Assembly (NCBI GenBank): GCA_014435945.1
Contig: GCA_014435945.1_4088.1
Strand: one strand, 5' to 3'
DNA length: 64,000 nucleotides
Origin: a phage
Part shown: positions 16,952 through 26,137 of the stretch, piece after piece
How the letters are laid out: each line of letters begins with the position of its first letter
Position numbering within the stretch: the first letter of the stretch is position 1
The notes under the pieces: generated by a model
The model's input: only the letters and a program-made list of their open reading frames with translations
Told to the model about the DNA's origin: nothing
Databases searched by the model: none
Translations under genes and position numbers: made by a program

Positions 16952-19681
16952 ATGTCATCCAAACGCATCATTGGTAGTGCTGCTATACTTGGAAATTTAG
17001 CAATTGGTGGAAAGTACGCTATGCGTACTTTTAATGGTACAGCACCAGACGCAAATACAGGTATTGTTAACTATCCAATTTATAAAAGATCAGAAGTTCA
17101 AAAAATACTTGATATGTTACCAATCTCCCGTATAGGGGAAATGGATTATCTACCATTAAACGTTAATGGTTCATACGAAGGGGCAACGTCGCTTTCAGAT
17201 GTATACCGTATGCAACCAACAATAGTCGAAGATGATGGTACTGGTGTGGTATTACGTGCTGGTACAAATGGTAGTACTGAAGGATATTACTATGCATTCA
17301 TTCGTGATTTGCGTAATATTGATGCACTAACACAAAGTAGTGTTATCAGTACTACATCAAAATATCATCCTAGAATTCTTCCAAGTACTGAAAATGTTAA
17401 ACAGTTTATCGGAACGAATGGTTATGAATTACTAGTTAGCCTATCTAGTGCAAGTAATTATATTTTCACTTTAACAAATGGTACATTTAACGAAGTTGCA
17501 CATATTCACGCTTCTATCGCTGCTACATCATTTGGTACAGATAAACCATTGTATGCACATATCGTTAATGATAAAGTATTTGTGTGGTGCAAAGACACTA
17601 CTATAGCAAACTATGGTTTGGCTTTAACATTATATACTGTTAATACAAGTAGTATTAAAGATGGTACTATGAGTACTTTTGCTAAGGTTACTGGTTTTTC
17701 TGGTCAAACCTTAAGAAGTGTTAACTACACAAGTGCTAATAATTTGAAAATTTATGAAAGATTATATTCAGTTGGAACTAGTAGTGATTCATTATTTGAA
17801 TGCACTTCACCAGTTACACGAGTTGAATATTCAGATTATACAGATTATAATATACAAGCAAACGTAAGTCCAGATTTATCAAAGATTAGAATTACATTAT
17901 TCCCAACTAACCGTTTAGTATCAAATCTATATATTAGTACTGTTTATGCTAGTGGTTTTAGTTTTGTTTATACTATCAACTCTAAATCATTATCAATTGA
18001 TGGAAGTAGTAGAGCACCAATAGCAGCGGAATATAATGATGTTGATGGATTCACATTAACAAACCCATTTGCCATTGAGATGAACAACTTCATGGGTACA
18101 CAGTTAGGTGTTCCGCAATTAGGTAACGTTGGTTCTATATGCCAAACCTATGACGGTTTAGTATTCAGTACTCGTGCTCGTTGGAGTTCTTCTGAAACCT
18201 ATGGTATTCAGGTTTATAACGTAACAGGAACACCATATGATAGTTGGGTTGCCAGTACTCGCAAAGCGAACAATTCTAAATTTGTAAACGTTGCCCCAAC
18301 ATATGGTAGTGCAGTAGGTGAAAACCTTTTAGGAACACGTTTTATTGATAAACGTAAAGTACTGTTAGCATGTTCTGGAACATATGAAGATGAGTCATAT
18401 GGTTATAACAATACAGTATTTTCTGAAATTGGCACTGATCCAACCTTCCAGTTCAATTCAGTACAAAACAATACAACACTTAATGGTTTTGCACCACAAG
18501 CCAACCGAACTCGCCTCGGCGACAACTACAAATATACAGGTATGATTTCATTAATTGATACTGACGGTTCAGTTAAATGTTATGGGACATCATTCATTGA
18601 AGGTGTATACAAAACAAGTGGTGGTTTGTTTAACCCAGATACTTTAGAATTTGATGGTTCTTATACAATTGGTGATAATGTTCTGGAAACATTAAAACAA
18701 GAAATACTTGCTAATATTGGAATAGTAGGAGCATTTACTGGTAAAATTGCTTTATATTATGTACCAGATAGTTCTTTCTCAAAATCTATTGCGGTGGTTT
18801 CTGCATATAACTTAGGAAATAACCAAGGTTATGCAATATATTCTGAAGTTGATGTCACTGTTTCAGGAACCAATATTAGTTCTGCGTCTATGGTGAGTTC
18901 TAGATACGAAACACTTAATTCTGTAACAGGTATTGTAACCGAAGCCTATATGAAACGCTGTACTGGTCTAACTGTTGCTAAGTATTCTGGTTTTGGTTAT
19001 ATTGGTGTTGATGCAGTTCATCAGTTTTCACAACCTGGTAATGCTCAATTCAAATTGATGATTGCTAAAACAGTGAATGGTTTGATTACATCTAACCGAT
19101 TTATGTCATCCAGCTACATAGATAATGGCAATGCATTCCAGCACGGAGTTATACCAGGTGTTGGATTTGGATACTATCATCTTCAAGATTCAGATTATCA
19201 AACTAAAGCAGTGTTTAGTCTCTTTGGGACAACATCAGCACAGATGGATGGGTTGATTGATGGTTCAGGAACTGTACAAGATAAAATCGTAGTAGTTTCA
19301 CAAGATGTTGCTGAAGGTTTCACTGTGTACTTCACCCGTGAAGTTCCGGTATTCCTTGGTGGTATGTTTGATAGATTAGCGATTCAAACCATAGAATTAA
19401 GTACTATTAAAACTAACCCAGCTAACAGTACTTTTTATCTTTACATTCAAATGAACCGTAACACAAGAAAAGCGGCATACGTTATCAGTACAACTCTTCT
19501 TGATGAGACATTGACAAACGTATATGTTGGTGATATTGTTACTGGAAGTACGAGTATTACGTCAATTGATACTGAAAAGGTAACCCGATTCTTGACATAC
19601 AGACCTAGTACGACCAAGCGTGGTTCTGCTATCCCAGCAAGTACTGGTGTTCCTTCAAGCTCTGGTACACGTTGGCATTAA
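16952..19681 (+). CDS. tail fiber / receptor-binding protein, paralog 2
   Basis: 909 aa; LPISRIG N-terminal module; C-terminus RFLTYRPSTTKRGSAIPASTGVPSSSGTRWH. Confidence 0.55.
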   Translation: MSSKRIIGSAAILGNLAIGGKYAMRTFNGTAPDANTGIVNYPIYKRSEVQKILDMLPISRIGEMDYLPLNVNGSYEGATSLSDVYRMQPTIVEDDGTGVVLRAGTNGSTEGYYYAFIRDLRNIDALTQSSVISTTSKYHPRILPSTENVKQFIGTNGYELLVSLSSASNYIFTLTNGTFNEVAHIHASIAATSFGTDKPLYAHIVNDKVFVWCKDTTIANYGLALTLYTVNTSSIKDGTMSTFAKVTGFSGQTLRSVNYTSANNLKIYERLYSVGTSSDSLFECTSPVTRVEYSDYTDYNIQANVSPDLSKIRITLFPTNRLVSNLYISTVYASGFSFVYTINSKSLSIDGSSRAPIAAEYNDVDGFTLTNPFAIEMNNFMGTQLGVPQLGNVGSICQTYDGLVFSTRARWSSSETYGIQVYNVTGTPYDSWVASTRKANNSKFVNVAPTYGSAVGENLLGTRFIDKRKVLLACSGTYEDESYGYNNTVFSEIGTDPTFQFNSVQNNTTLNGFAPQANRTRLGDNYKYTGMISLIDTDGSVKCYGTSFIEGVYKTSGGLFNPDTLEFDGSYTIGDNVLETLKQEILANIGIVGAFTGKIALYYVPDSSFSKSIAVVSAYNLGNNQGYAIYSEVDVTVSGTNISSASMVSSRYETLNSVTGIVTEAYMKRCTGLTVAKYSGFGYIGVDAVHQFSQPGNAQFKLMIAKTVNGLITSNRFMSSSYIDNGNAFQHGVIPGVGFGYYHLQDSDYQTKAVFSLFGTTSAQMDGLIDGSGTVQDKIVVVSQDVAEGFTVYFTREVPVFLGGMFDRLAIQTIELSTIKTNPANSTFYLYIQMNRNTRKAAYVISTTLLDETLTNVYVGDIVTGSTSITSIDTEKVTRFLTYRPSTTKRGSAIPASTGVPSSSGTRWH

Positions 19682-19689
19682 AAATTTTA

Positions 19690-19717
19690 AGCTCGTCTAT
19701 TGACGGGCTTTTCTTTT
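19690..19717 (+). terminator. intrinsic terminator
   Basis: AGCTCGTC-tatt-GACGGGCT hairpin (one G-U pair) followed by T-rich run. Confidence 0.55.
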
Positions 19718-19728
19718 ATGTGTATAAT
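19700..19728 (+). promoter_or_regulatory. sigma70-type promoter
   Basis: TTGACG, 17-nt spacer, TATAAT; 24 nt upstream of the 19752 ORF. Confidence 0.6.
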
Positions 19729-19751
19729 GCTAGAAAATACAGGAGGAAATT

Positions 19752-20318
19752 ATGGTCAAATCTTTACTACCACCACCAAAGCGTCACAAAATCCAAGAAA
19801 TGAAAGACCAACGTACATTAAAGATGTACAACAATTTAGTTAAGTTACTGTGTAAAAGTCCATCGCTCAAAGCAGAGTTTAAAACTGATGATGACCGCAA
19901 AGCACTAATTGAGATGAAGTATATGCTCAGTAAAATGTCCTTTTACAAATTTGTAAAAGAATACGCATCTGACCCATTTAGTCCTCGTTGGAGAACCAAA
20001 CCAAGAGAGTTTTTTTTCGGTGGTTCATATACTGATATCATTCAAGATACTGTGATAGGCGTAGAGTTCGAGATTGATTATGAGCCGAATGGTGTGGAAA
20101 ACTTGCTGATTGAGAAACGTTTACCAAGTGAAGAAGAAATTTATGTTTATGCAAGAAAACTTTCAACTTACAGTTCAAGAATTACTCTAGGCAAGTTAGA
20201 TTCATTTATTATTTTCTATATACGTGTTGGTGTAGATAAAATGGTAACTAAACTCAATGAACTTTCATTACAACAAAAACAGATTAATGCATACAAAGAC
20301 ATTACTGATTTATACTAA
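19752..20318 (+). CDS. hypothetical protein, tandem paralog A
   Basis: Shares TDDDRKALIEMKYMLSK-type motif with the next two ORFs; ATG after CAGGAGG. Confidence 0.5.
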   Translation: MVKSLLPPPKRHKIQEMKDQRTLKMYNNLVKLLCKSPSLKAEFKTDDDRKALIEMKYMLSKMSFYKFVKEYASDPFSPRWRTKPREFFFGGSYTDIIQDTVIGVEFEIDYEPNGVENLLIEKRLPSEEEIYVYARKLSTYSSRITLGKLDSFIIFYIRVGVDKMVTKLNELSLQQKQINAYKDITDLY

Positions 20319-20324
20319 TGAGGA

Positions 20325-20846
20325 ATGAATATGTTTTTTGGCCCAGTTGGAAAACAAAACAGTACTTTAATTTGGCATGAAATTATCTTTAAAATTATAT
20401 CAAAAAGTTTCACACTTAAAGATATCATCAATACAGATCAAGATCGTCGTGTTCTGTTAGAAGCAAAATATAAATTGAGCAAACACCCTTTGCTACCATT
20501 AATCATTGATTACGTTAATGATTATGAATCCAGTCGTTGGAAGTTTGAAGAAGGCGGTTTATTTCGTGGAAAAACATTCTACGGTGCGGAACGATATGTA
20601 TTCAGTGATGCAACAAATGGCGTTAAGTTTGCTATTAGAAACTTTAACTCCAAAGAAAATGATTATCTTGAAAGTGGAGTGAAAGTATATATCGATAATA
20701 ATAGCAATGTTCTAACATATGACGAATCACTAATTATGTTACAAATAATGCGTGGCGTTGAAGGTGTAAGACACAATCTTACTAATTTGAAAATTCAGCA
20801 AAATGATATACATAATAGACAGAAAATTAAGGGTTTATATAAATGA
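20325..20846 (+). CDS. hypothetical protein, tandem paralog B
   Basis: Motif TDQDRRVLLEAKYKLSK; similar length. Confidence 0.5.
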   Translation: MNMFFGPVGKQNSTLIWHEIIFKIISKSFTLKDIINTDQDRRVLLEAKYKLSKHPLLPLIIDYVNDYESSRWKFEEGGLFRGKTFYGAERYVFSDATNGVKFAIRNFNSKENDYLESGVKVYIDNNSNVLTYDESLIMLQIMRGVEGVRHNLTNLKIQQNDIHNRQKIKGLYK

Positions 20847-21352
20847 TTTCATTTTTCAAAAAGAAAGAAAAAGTTGATGAAACTGGATTAGAATCGTTTC
20901 TATGGACTCTTATCATCAAAAAAAGTCCATTGATAAAAGAATATGCCATCAATGATACTAATAGAAAAACTATCATTGAATACAAATACGAATTATCAAA
21001 ATGTGATCCGATTGTTTACCACTTTGTAAAGTACTGTTCTAAAAATTTATCGGATATCACCATTGATTATGAGTCAGTACCAATGAGTTTTCCTTATGGA
21101 GATTGGGTAAATACTTATGATATTTTTGATGGGTCTAACGGATTCAATTTTTATTTCACATCAAATAAAGCATATGTTCGAATCAAAACAGATATAGGTT
21201 GGGCATTACATAGCTCAAATAAAGAAGATTATAATTTATTAGCTGATGTATACAGAAGTGTTAAGAATTCAAAGGATATTGATGAAAGAATTAAAAAGCA
21301 AAATCGCATTTCTTTATCTTTAGAAACATATAAGTCAAAGTACGGTGGTTAA
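20843..21352 (+). CDS. hypothetical protein, tandem paralog C
   Basis: Motif NDTNRKTIIEYKYELSK; start overlaps upstream stop. Confidence 0.5.
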   Translation: MISFFKKKEKVDETGLESFLWTLIIKKSPLIKEYAINDTNRKTIIEYKYELSKCDPIVYHFVKYCSKNLSDITIDYESVPMSFPYGDWVNTYDIFDGSNGFNFYFTSNKAYVRIKTDIGWALHSSNKEDYNLLADVYRSVKNSKDIDERIKKQNRISLSLETYKSKYGG

Positions 21353-21354
21353 TT

Positions 21355-21756
21355 ATGACTACAATCGATGATATCTACAGTACTATACGCAATATGAGTA
21401 CAGATAGAAAAGTCTTTGGTGACAAAGAAAAGTCCAAATGTTATGGCATCGATTCTTTTGATATTATTTCATACGAATATAATAACAATGGGACAAGTTC
21501 ACTAAACATTGTGTGTCCACGAGATCCAGAAAATAATTTCATGTACGTTGAAATTAACAATGATGGTATGTTCTTTACTAAAGTATATAAAGGTGGGAAA
21601 GAATACGAACCCATCGAAGTAATGAATGAAGAGAAATTCTTCCAAGAAGATACCATCATCAATCTTGGATTTAGTTACAATGACTATCAAGTACTGGATC
21701 ATGATTTTAAACGATACTATAATGGTTTTCTAAAGGAGTTAACGATTTACTTATGA
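21355..21756 (+). CDS. hypothetical protein
   Basis: 133-aa ORF. Confidence 0.45.
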   Translation: MTTIDDIYSTIRNMSTDRKVFGDKEKSKCYGIDSFDIISYEYNNNGTSSLNIVCPRDPENNFMYVEINNDGMFFTKVYKGGKEYEPIEVMNEEKFFQEDTIINLGFSYNDYQVLDHDFKRYYNGFLKELTIYL

Positions 21757-22991
21757 AAAACAATTTTCTAGAACAAACTATTGTGAAACACTTAGCTGGT
21801 TCACAGGCGTATGGCACAAGCACACCAGAAAGTGATACAGATTATCGTGGTATCTTCCTTGCAAACAAAGAATATATCCTAACTCCTTTTTTTAATGTTA
21901 AGGAAGTTTCAGATACTTCTGAAGAAGATACTAAATTTTATGAAATCAATCAGTACTTAAGTCTGTATACTGAAGCTAACCCAAACATTCTTGAATCACT
22001 ATGGGTTAAACCGGAACACATCGTAGAAAGTACTGAAATCTATGACTATCTACGCTCATTCAATCAGCAATTATTGAGTTCAAAGATTGCACATTCATAC
22101 AGTGGTTATGCATACAATCAGGTTAAGCGTATGTCTAATCACCACGGCTGGCTCGATAAGGAACGAATTGCTGAACGTAAACTAAATGAAATTTTAGAAG
22201 AACATCCAGTTGACGAAGTACTTTCATGGATGTATGATACATTCCCGCAGTATTTGGTAGACCGTTTGAATAAATCCAATCTTCACCCATTCAATGCTAC
22301 AAAAATTGATTTTGAAAAATACATGCGTGATACTTCATTACAATTAGTTTCAACACAAGCATTGAAACAATATCATTTTGTACGTTTAGTACATAATTAT
22401 AGTACTGACAAAGTATTAGATCGTGATTTCAATTTATTGAATTACAATTCAGGGTATGAACTAATCCATTACGGTGAAAACATCTTTGGGGTAATTATCA
22501 ACCCGAATGAAAGTACAGTGAATGCTGATGGTTCACTACGTTACTTCAACAAAGAACGTACTACAGAAGAATTGAAAGTTCGTCCTGAACTCATTGTAAA
22601 ATTCAATGAAAAGGAATACAAAGAAAATAGTGAGAACCGTAAGAGTTATCACAAATGGAAGCAGAATCGTAATGCCAAACGTGCTATTCTTGAATCACAC
22701 CACGGTTATGACTGCAAACATGCTATGCATACAATCAGGCTGCTGAATACAGCACAGGAAGCACTTGAAACTGGTATCATCCAAGTTCACCGACCGGATG
22801 CTGCTATGTTGATGGACATTCGTAACGGGAAGTGGTTGTATCAAGAAGTTATGGATTATTTCAACGAAAAGGTTGACTACATCCGAAATGTGGCGTATCA
22901 TAAGACCCATCTACCGAAGCGACCAAACATAAAGTTGGCTACGAAGGTACTATTAGATATCCGTGAAATGCAATGGTACAGTAAAAAATAA
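21753..22991 (+). CDS. Pol-beta-superfamily nucleotidyltransferase (possibly PF10127-like)
   Basis: N-terminal GSQAYGTSTPESDTDYRGIF (GS ... [DE]xD NTase motif). Confidence 0.45.
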   Translation: MKNNFLEQTIVKHLAGSQAYGTSTPESDTDYRGIFLANKEYILTPFFNVKEVSDTSEEDTKFYEINQYLSLYTEANPNILESLWVKPEHIVESTEIYDYLRSFNQQLLSSKIAHSYSGYAYNQVKRMSNHHGWLDKERIAERKLNEILEEHPVDEVLSWMYDTFPQYLVDRLNKSNLHPFNATKIDFEKYMRDTSLQLVSTQALKQYHFVRLVHNYSTDKVLDRDFNLLNYNSGYELIHYGENIFGVIINPNESTVNADGSLRYFNKERTTEELKVRPELIVKFNEKEYKENSENRKSYHKWKQNRNAKRAILESHHGYDCKHAMHTIRLLNTAQEALETGIIQVHRPDAAMLMDIRNGKWLYQEVMDYFNEKVDYIRNVAYHKTHLPKRPNIKLATKVLLDIREMQWYSKK

Positions 22992-23001
22992 GAGGATTGT
23001 T

Positions 23002-23418
23002 ATGCTAAACGAACAAATCAAAGACGCACTACGTGTACTGAATCGCGAAGTTAACCGCATCCAGAAAAGTACTGATCGTTATAAACTAATGCATGAACTT
23101 AGACTTTCGTTGGAAGCTATCAATAATGGCGAATGGTATCTTGAACCAGAATATCGCACTCGTGAATTAACTGACGTTGAAAAAGCAATTGTCAAATTCA
23201 TTACAAGTCGCGACAAAAATGCATCCGAAAAAGATGTATCAATGAACTTCCATCTTACTAAATGTGAAGTCGTGGAAAAATTTAAATTCGATTGGCTTGA
23301 CTGGATTGAAATGATCATGGAACTTGAAGAAGAATTCAAAGTTGAAGTTGATTTGGAATACGAGAATGAAAACACTAAACTGTATAAACTCGTAGATCAT
23401 ATTCAAAAAATGTTGTAA
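23002..23418 (+). CDS. acyl-carrier-protein-like domain protein (attachment Ser replaced)
   Basis: C-terminal FDWLDWIEMIMELEEEF aligns with ACP DSLDTVELVMALEEEF, Trp in place of the phosphopantetheine Ser; ATG after AAGAGGA. Confidence 0.45.
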   Translation: MLNEQIKDALRVLNREVNRIQKSTDRYKLMHELRLSLEAINNGEWYLEPEYRTRELTDVEKAIVKFITSRDKNASEKDVSMNFHLTKCEVVEKFKFDWLDWIEMIMELEEEFKVEVDLEYENENTKLYKLVDHIQKML

Positions 23419-23471
23419 ACATATAATATAGTACACTCTAAATAATATTACCAACTATAGGAGATGTTATT

Positions 23472-23846
23472 ATGAGTGTACTAGAAATTATTGTTTCAAA
23501 AGTTTTAATACCATATTGGAAACCAATTTTGGTAGTAGGAGTAATGGCAGGTTGTGTTTACGGTGGATGGTCAGCAAATACTTATTATACTGGTTATAAA
23601 GAAAGTATTGACCAAAAAATAGAAAAGAAAGTTGATTCTGCACTCGCTAAGATGCAGCAAGAAAATGCAAAAAACTATATAGAAACCAAAAAGATAATGC
23701 AAGATAATGCTAAAGTTATCGAGACACAAGTGCCTATTATAGTAGAAAGAGAAGTTTACAAAAACGTATGTCTAGATGAAGATGGCGTTAAACTTCTGAA
23801 TGAACTTAAACAGAATTCCCTTGCAGCGAGGAATAAATTCAAATGA
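23472..23846 (+). CDS. putative i-spanin (inner-membrane spanin component)
   Basis: N-terminal TM helix followed by charged coiled-coil-like region; adjacent to lipoprotein gene. Confidence 0.45.
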   Translation: MSVLEIIVSKVLIPYWKPILVVGVMAGCVYGGWSANTYYTGYKESIDQKIEKKVDSALAKMQQENAKNYIETKKIMQDNAKVIETQVPIIVEREVYKNVCLDEDGVKLLNELKQNSLAARNKFK

Positions 23847-24157
23847 AATACGCTTTAGTATTTGCAATTTCTTTTCTATTAATTAGTGGTTGTGCTGAAG
23901 AAATTAAGTATCAACCTAAACCAATTGTAGAACAAGAAATCTTACTTGAACGTTGTGACGAAAATACACCACTACCAAGTAAAATCATGGTCGATAAAAA
24001 CGGGTTCAGAGGATATGATGGTGCTGAAATTCTTGCAGTACTTGCAAAATGGGATGCAATGTACAATGACTGTGCACTAAAACATGATGCATTAATTAAA
24101 ACTATTCGTGATTTACAAAATCAAGATGTTAAGGTTAAAATTAAATCCGAGGATTAA
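23843..24157 (+). CDS. putative o-spanin (outer-membrane lipoprotein)
   Basis: Signal peptide with lipobox LISGC; start overlaps upstream stop. Confidence 0.5.
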   Translation: MKYALVFAISFLLISGCAEEIKYQPKPIVEQEILLERCDENTPLPSKIMVDKNGFRGYDGAEILAVLAKWDAMYNDCALKHDALIKTIRDLQNQDVKVKIKSED

Positions 24158-24159
24158 AA

Positions 24160-24771
24160 ATGTCAAAATATCAGGTCTACTATGTTGCCAAACTATCACT
24201 TCTTGATGAGTTAAATCAAAGAAGTACGCAGATGAAACGCTATACATATAACGGTGTTACTTTCCGATACTTCCCACAAAAAGTACTTACATTCGTTAAG
24301 AATCGTAAATGCGTTGCGTGTGGTATTGAAGCCACTGAAGTTCGCATTGAGCGTTCACATAGCACTGATCCGGTATATGGTAAACCTCACTTAAATGTCT
24401 ATGCAGTTTGTGGTCTATATGAAGTACTGATGACAGTAGATCATAACCAATTAGCATCTAAGGGTGGACCTGATTTAGAGTCAAATTACAACACCATGTG
24501 TTCACGTTGTAACAGTCTTCGTTCTAATAAAACTGAATCAGTAGGTGAATTCCTGGAAAAAGTTAAGGGTAGAAATCTACTGGAAGAGCATATGAATGAT
24601 TTTTTCAATAAAGATAAGAAGAAATCTAAAACTCCTACTCCAGAAGAATTGGAAGAACGCCGTTTACGTACAGAACTATGGGAAACCGACCATATATGGC
24701 ATGTTCGTGATTTTGGACGACATATGAAAGCTCTAAAAAAAGAACAAAAGAAATTGAATAATCACAATTAA
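24160..24771 (+). CDS. HNH endonuclease (free-standing homing-type)
   Basis: Zinc-finger CVACG ... HNH core TVDHNQLASKGGPDLESNYNTMCSRCNSLRSN. Confidence 0.55.
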   Translation: MSKYQVYYVAKLSLLDELNQRSTQMKRYTYNGVTFRYFPQKVLTFVKNRKCVACGIEATEVRIERSHSTDPVYGKPHLNVYAVCGLYEVLMTVDHNQLASKGGPDLESNYNTMCSRCNSLRSNKTESVGEFLEKVKGRNLLEEHMNDFFNKDKKKSKTPTPEELEERRLRTELWETDHIWHVRDFGRHMKALKKEQKKLNNHN

Positions 24772-24780
24772 TATGTTATG

Positions 24781-24815
24781 ATAGGGACTTGAGAAATCGA
24801 GTCCCTATTTTTTTT
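24781..24815 (+). terminator. intrinsic terminator
   Basis: ATAGGGACT-10 nt loop-AGTCCCTAT hairpin followed by T7; GGAG and ATG follow directly. Confidence 0.75.
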
Positions 24816-24826
24816 GGAGAAAATAA

Positions 24827-25183
24827 ATGAAATCTAAAATCTTTTTACCACAGTTAATGTGGCATCTGGCAGAGTTAGATGAAGATGATGAATATACTGA
24901 CTATGGTACATGGGATGACAGTACTGAATCATTCAATCCCGATGTTAAGTACAAAATCATTAGTAATGAAAGTAAAGGGCATAGACGATGGACAGAAGAA
25001 TTTGATCTAGTTTTTCTTGACATGAACACGAACAAATATTATCATTGTACGTATGAACGAGGTTTAACAGAAGATAGACCAGCAGAACCATTCAGAAATG
25101 AAACTGATGGTGTTAAGTGCTATGAAGTTTCTGTTACCAGAGAAGAAATTATCACTTATCGAACTTTGTGGAAATATTTGTAA
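24827..25183 (+). CDS. hypothetical protein
   Basis: ATG 7 nt after GGAG; 118 aa. Confidence 0.5.
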   Translation: MKSKIFLPQLMWHLAELDEDDEYTDYGTWDDSTESFNPDVKYKIISNESKGHRRWTEEFDLVFLDMNTNKYYHCTYERGLTEDRPAEPFRNETDGVKCYEVSVTREEIITYRTLWKYL

Positions 25184-25581
25184 TGCTAAAAGAATTAGAT
25201 TTTTCAAACTTAGAAATCATCAGTGCTGTTAAAAATATCTCTGACTTTGGAGATGAGAAGTCAGTACTGGTAACTGTTACATTCGTCAAAGAACAGGATA
25301 GCTATAGCCATTTAGATGGTATTGAAGAACTAATTCACAAGACTAATCTACAAAACGATGGTAAACTCATTAAGCTTCAGGCTTCCTATACGCAAAAATC
25401 GTCATTTTTTGTAGACCTAAATAATGTAGTCAAGGTGGTATACAATCACCCTGAACACAAATACAGGAACACGACAAGAAACGAGAATGATGCTATAGAC
25501 TCCAATATCAAAGAGGATGTCGAATTCATCAACACAATTTTTGACCGTTGTTCCAAGGATTTGAAAAAGGTATACATGTAA
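25183..25581 (+). CDS. hypothetical protein
   Basis: ATG overlapping upstream stop (TAATG); ORF track gave GTG at 25168. Confidence 0.45.
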   Translation: MLKELDFSNLEIISAVKNISDFGDEKSVLVTVTFVKEQDSYSHLDGIEELIHKTNLQNDGKLIKLQASYTQKSSFFVDLNNVVKVVYNHPEHKYRNTTRNENDAIDSNIKEDVEFINTIFDRCSKDLKKVYM

Positions 25582-25601
25582 CGGGACATAACACATCCTA
25601 G

Positions 25602-25610
25602 TGATATAAT
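25602..25610 (+). promoter_or_regulatory. extended -10 promoter element (TGATATAAT)
   Basis: TGnTATAAT; same 9-mer recurs at 36899, 40505, 52848 and 55908. Confidence 0.45.
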
Positions 25611-25887
25611 GTATATTGTAAAATGACAACGGACATTGAAAAATGGATAATGAGAACCTACTTCTCTTGAAAATGTAAAGGATAGATGAGCTTTACCGTT
25701 GTAGCGAACAGCAAAAGAAACCTGTTAGAGTACTGGCAATCAAACAAACACGAGATAAGACCACGAATCACGGCGACACGGCTGTATAAAGAACTCCAAT
25801 AAGCACACAGAGAGTTCCTAGATAGATGTATAAGGTTCGCACCTTACGAATTTGCTAAGGGAGTTCAAGGATTGTGGACGCGATTTT

Positions 25888-25916
25888 ACAAGAAAGTTGC
25901 GTCCAAAATTTGAGAA
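25888..25916 (+). repeat. direct repeat copy 1 (core CGTCCAAAATTTGAGAA)
   Basis: ACAAGAAAGTTGCGTCCAAAATTTGAGAA; 17-nt core identical to copy at 26053. Confidence 0.7.
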
Positions 25917-26040
25917 CAGGTACTACTTTGATCGAATAGAGTTTAGTACTGAGTGCTGTTGATGAAAAGACCAGCGACCGTTGCATATGACTGCGATAGA
26001 GAGAAACCGAGCAACCCGCTTTCGCTCTCTAAATTTTGGT

Positions 26041-26069
26041 ACAGGAAAGATCCGTCCAAAATTTGAGAA
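26041..26069 (+). repeat. direct repeat copy 2 (core CGTCCAAAATTTGAGAA)
   Basis: ACAGGAAAGATCCGTCCAAAATTTGAGAA; core identical to copy 1. Confidence 0.7.
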
Positions 26070-26108
26070 ATTCGCAATTCGATAATATCCGATGCCATCA
26101 TCGTCAAG

Positions 26109-26131
26109 AGAGACTTAATTGTCTCTTTTTT
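26109..26131 (+). terminator. intrinsic terminator (short stem)
   Basis: AGAGAC-ttaatt-GTCTCT followed by TTTTT. Confidence 0.45.
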
Positions 26132-26137
26132 ATTACC

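Larger units (their letters stand above)
25611..26131 (+). ncRNA. candidate non-coding RNA locus (unclassified)
   Basis: ~520 nt between an extended -10 element and a hairpin+T-run with no ORF >= 60 aa on the + strand; by-eye GC-richer than flanks; internal direct repeats. Confidence 0.25.

Noticed and set aside
25888-26069. CRISPR-like array from the CGTCCAAAATTTGAGAA repeats
   Set aside because: Only two copies, 153 bp apart, imperfect outside the 17-nt core, and no cas genes; does not meet array criteria.
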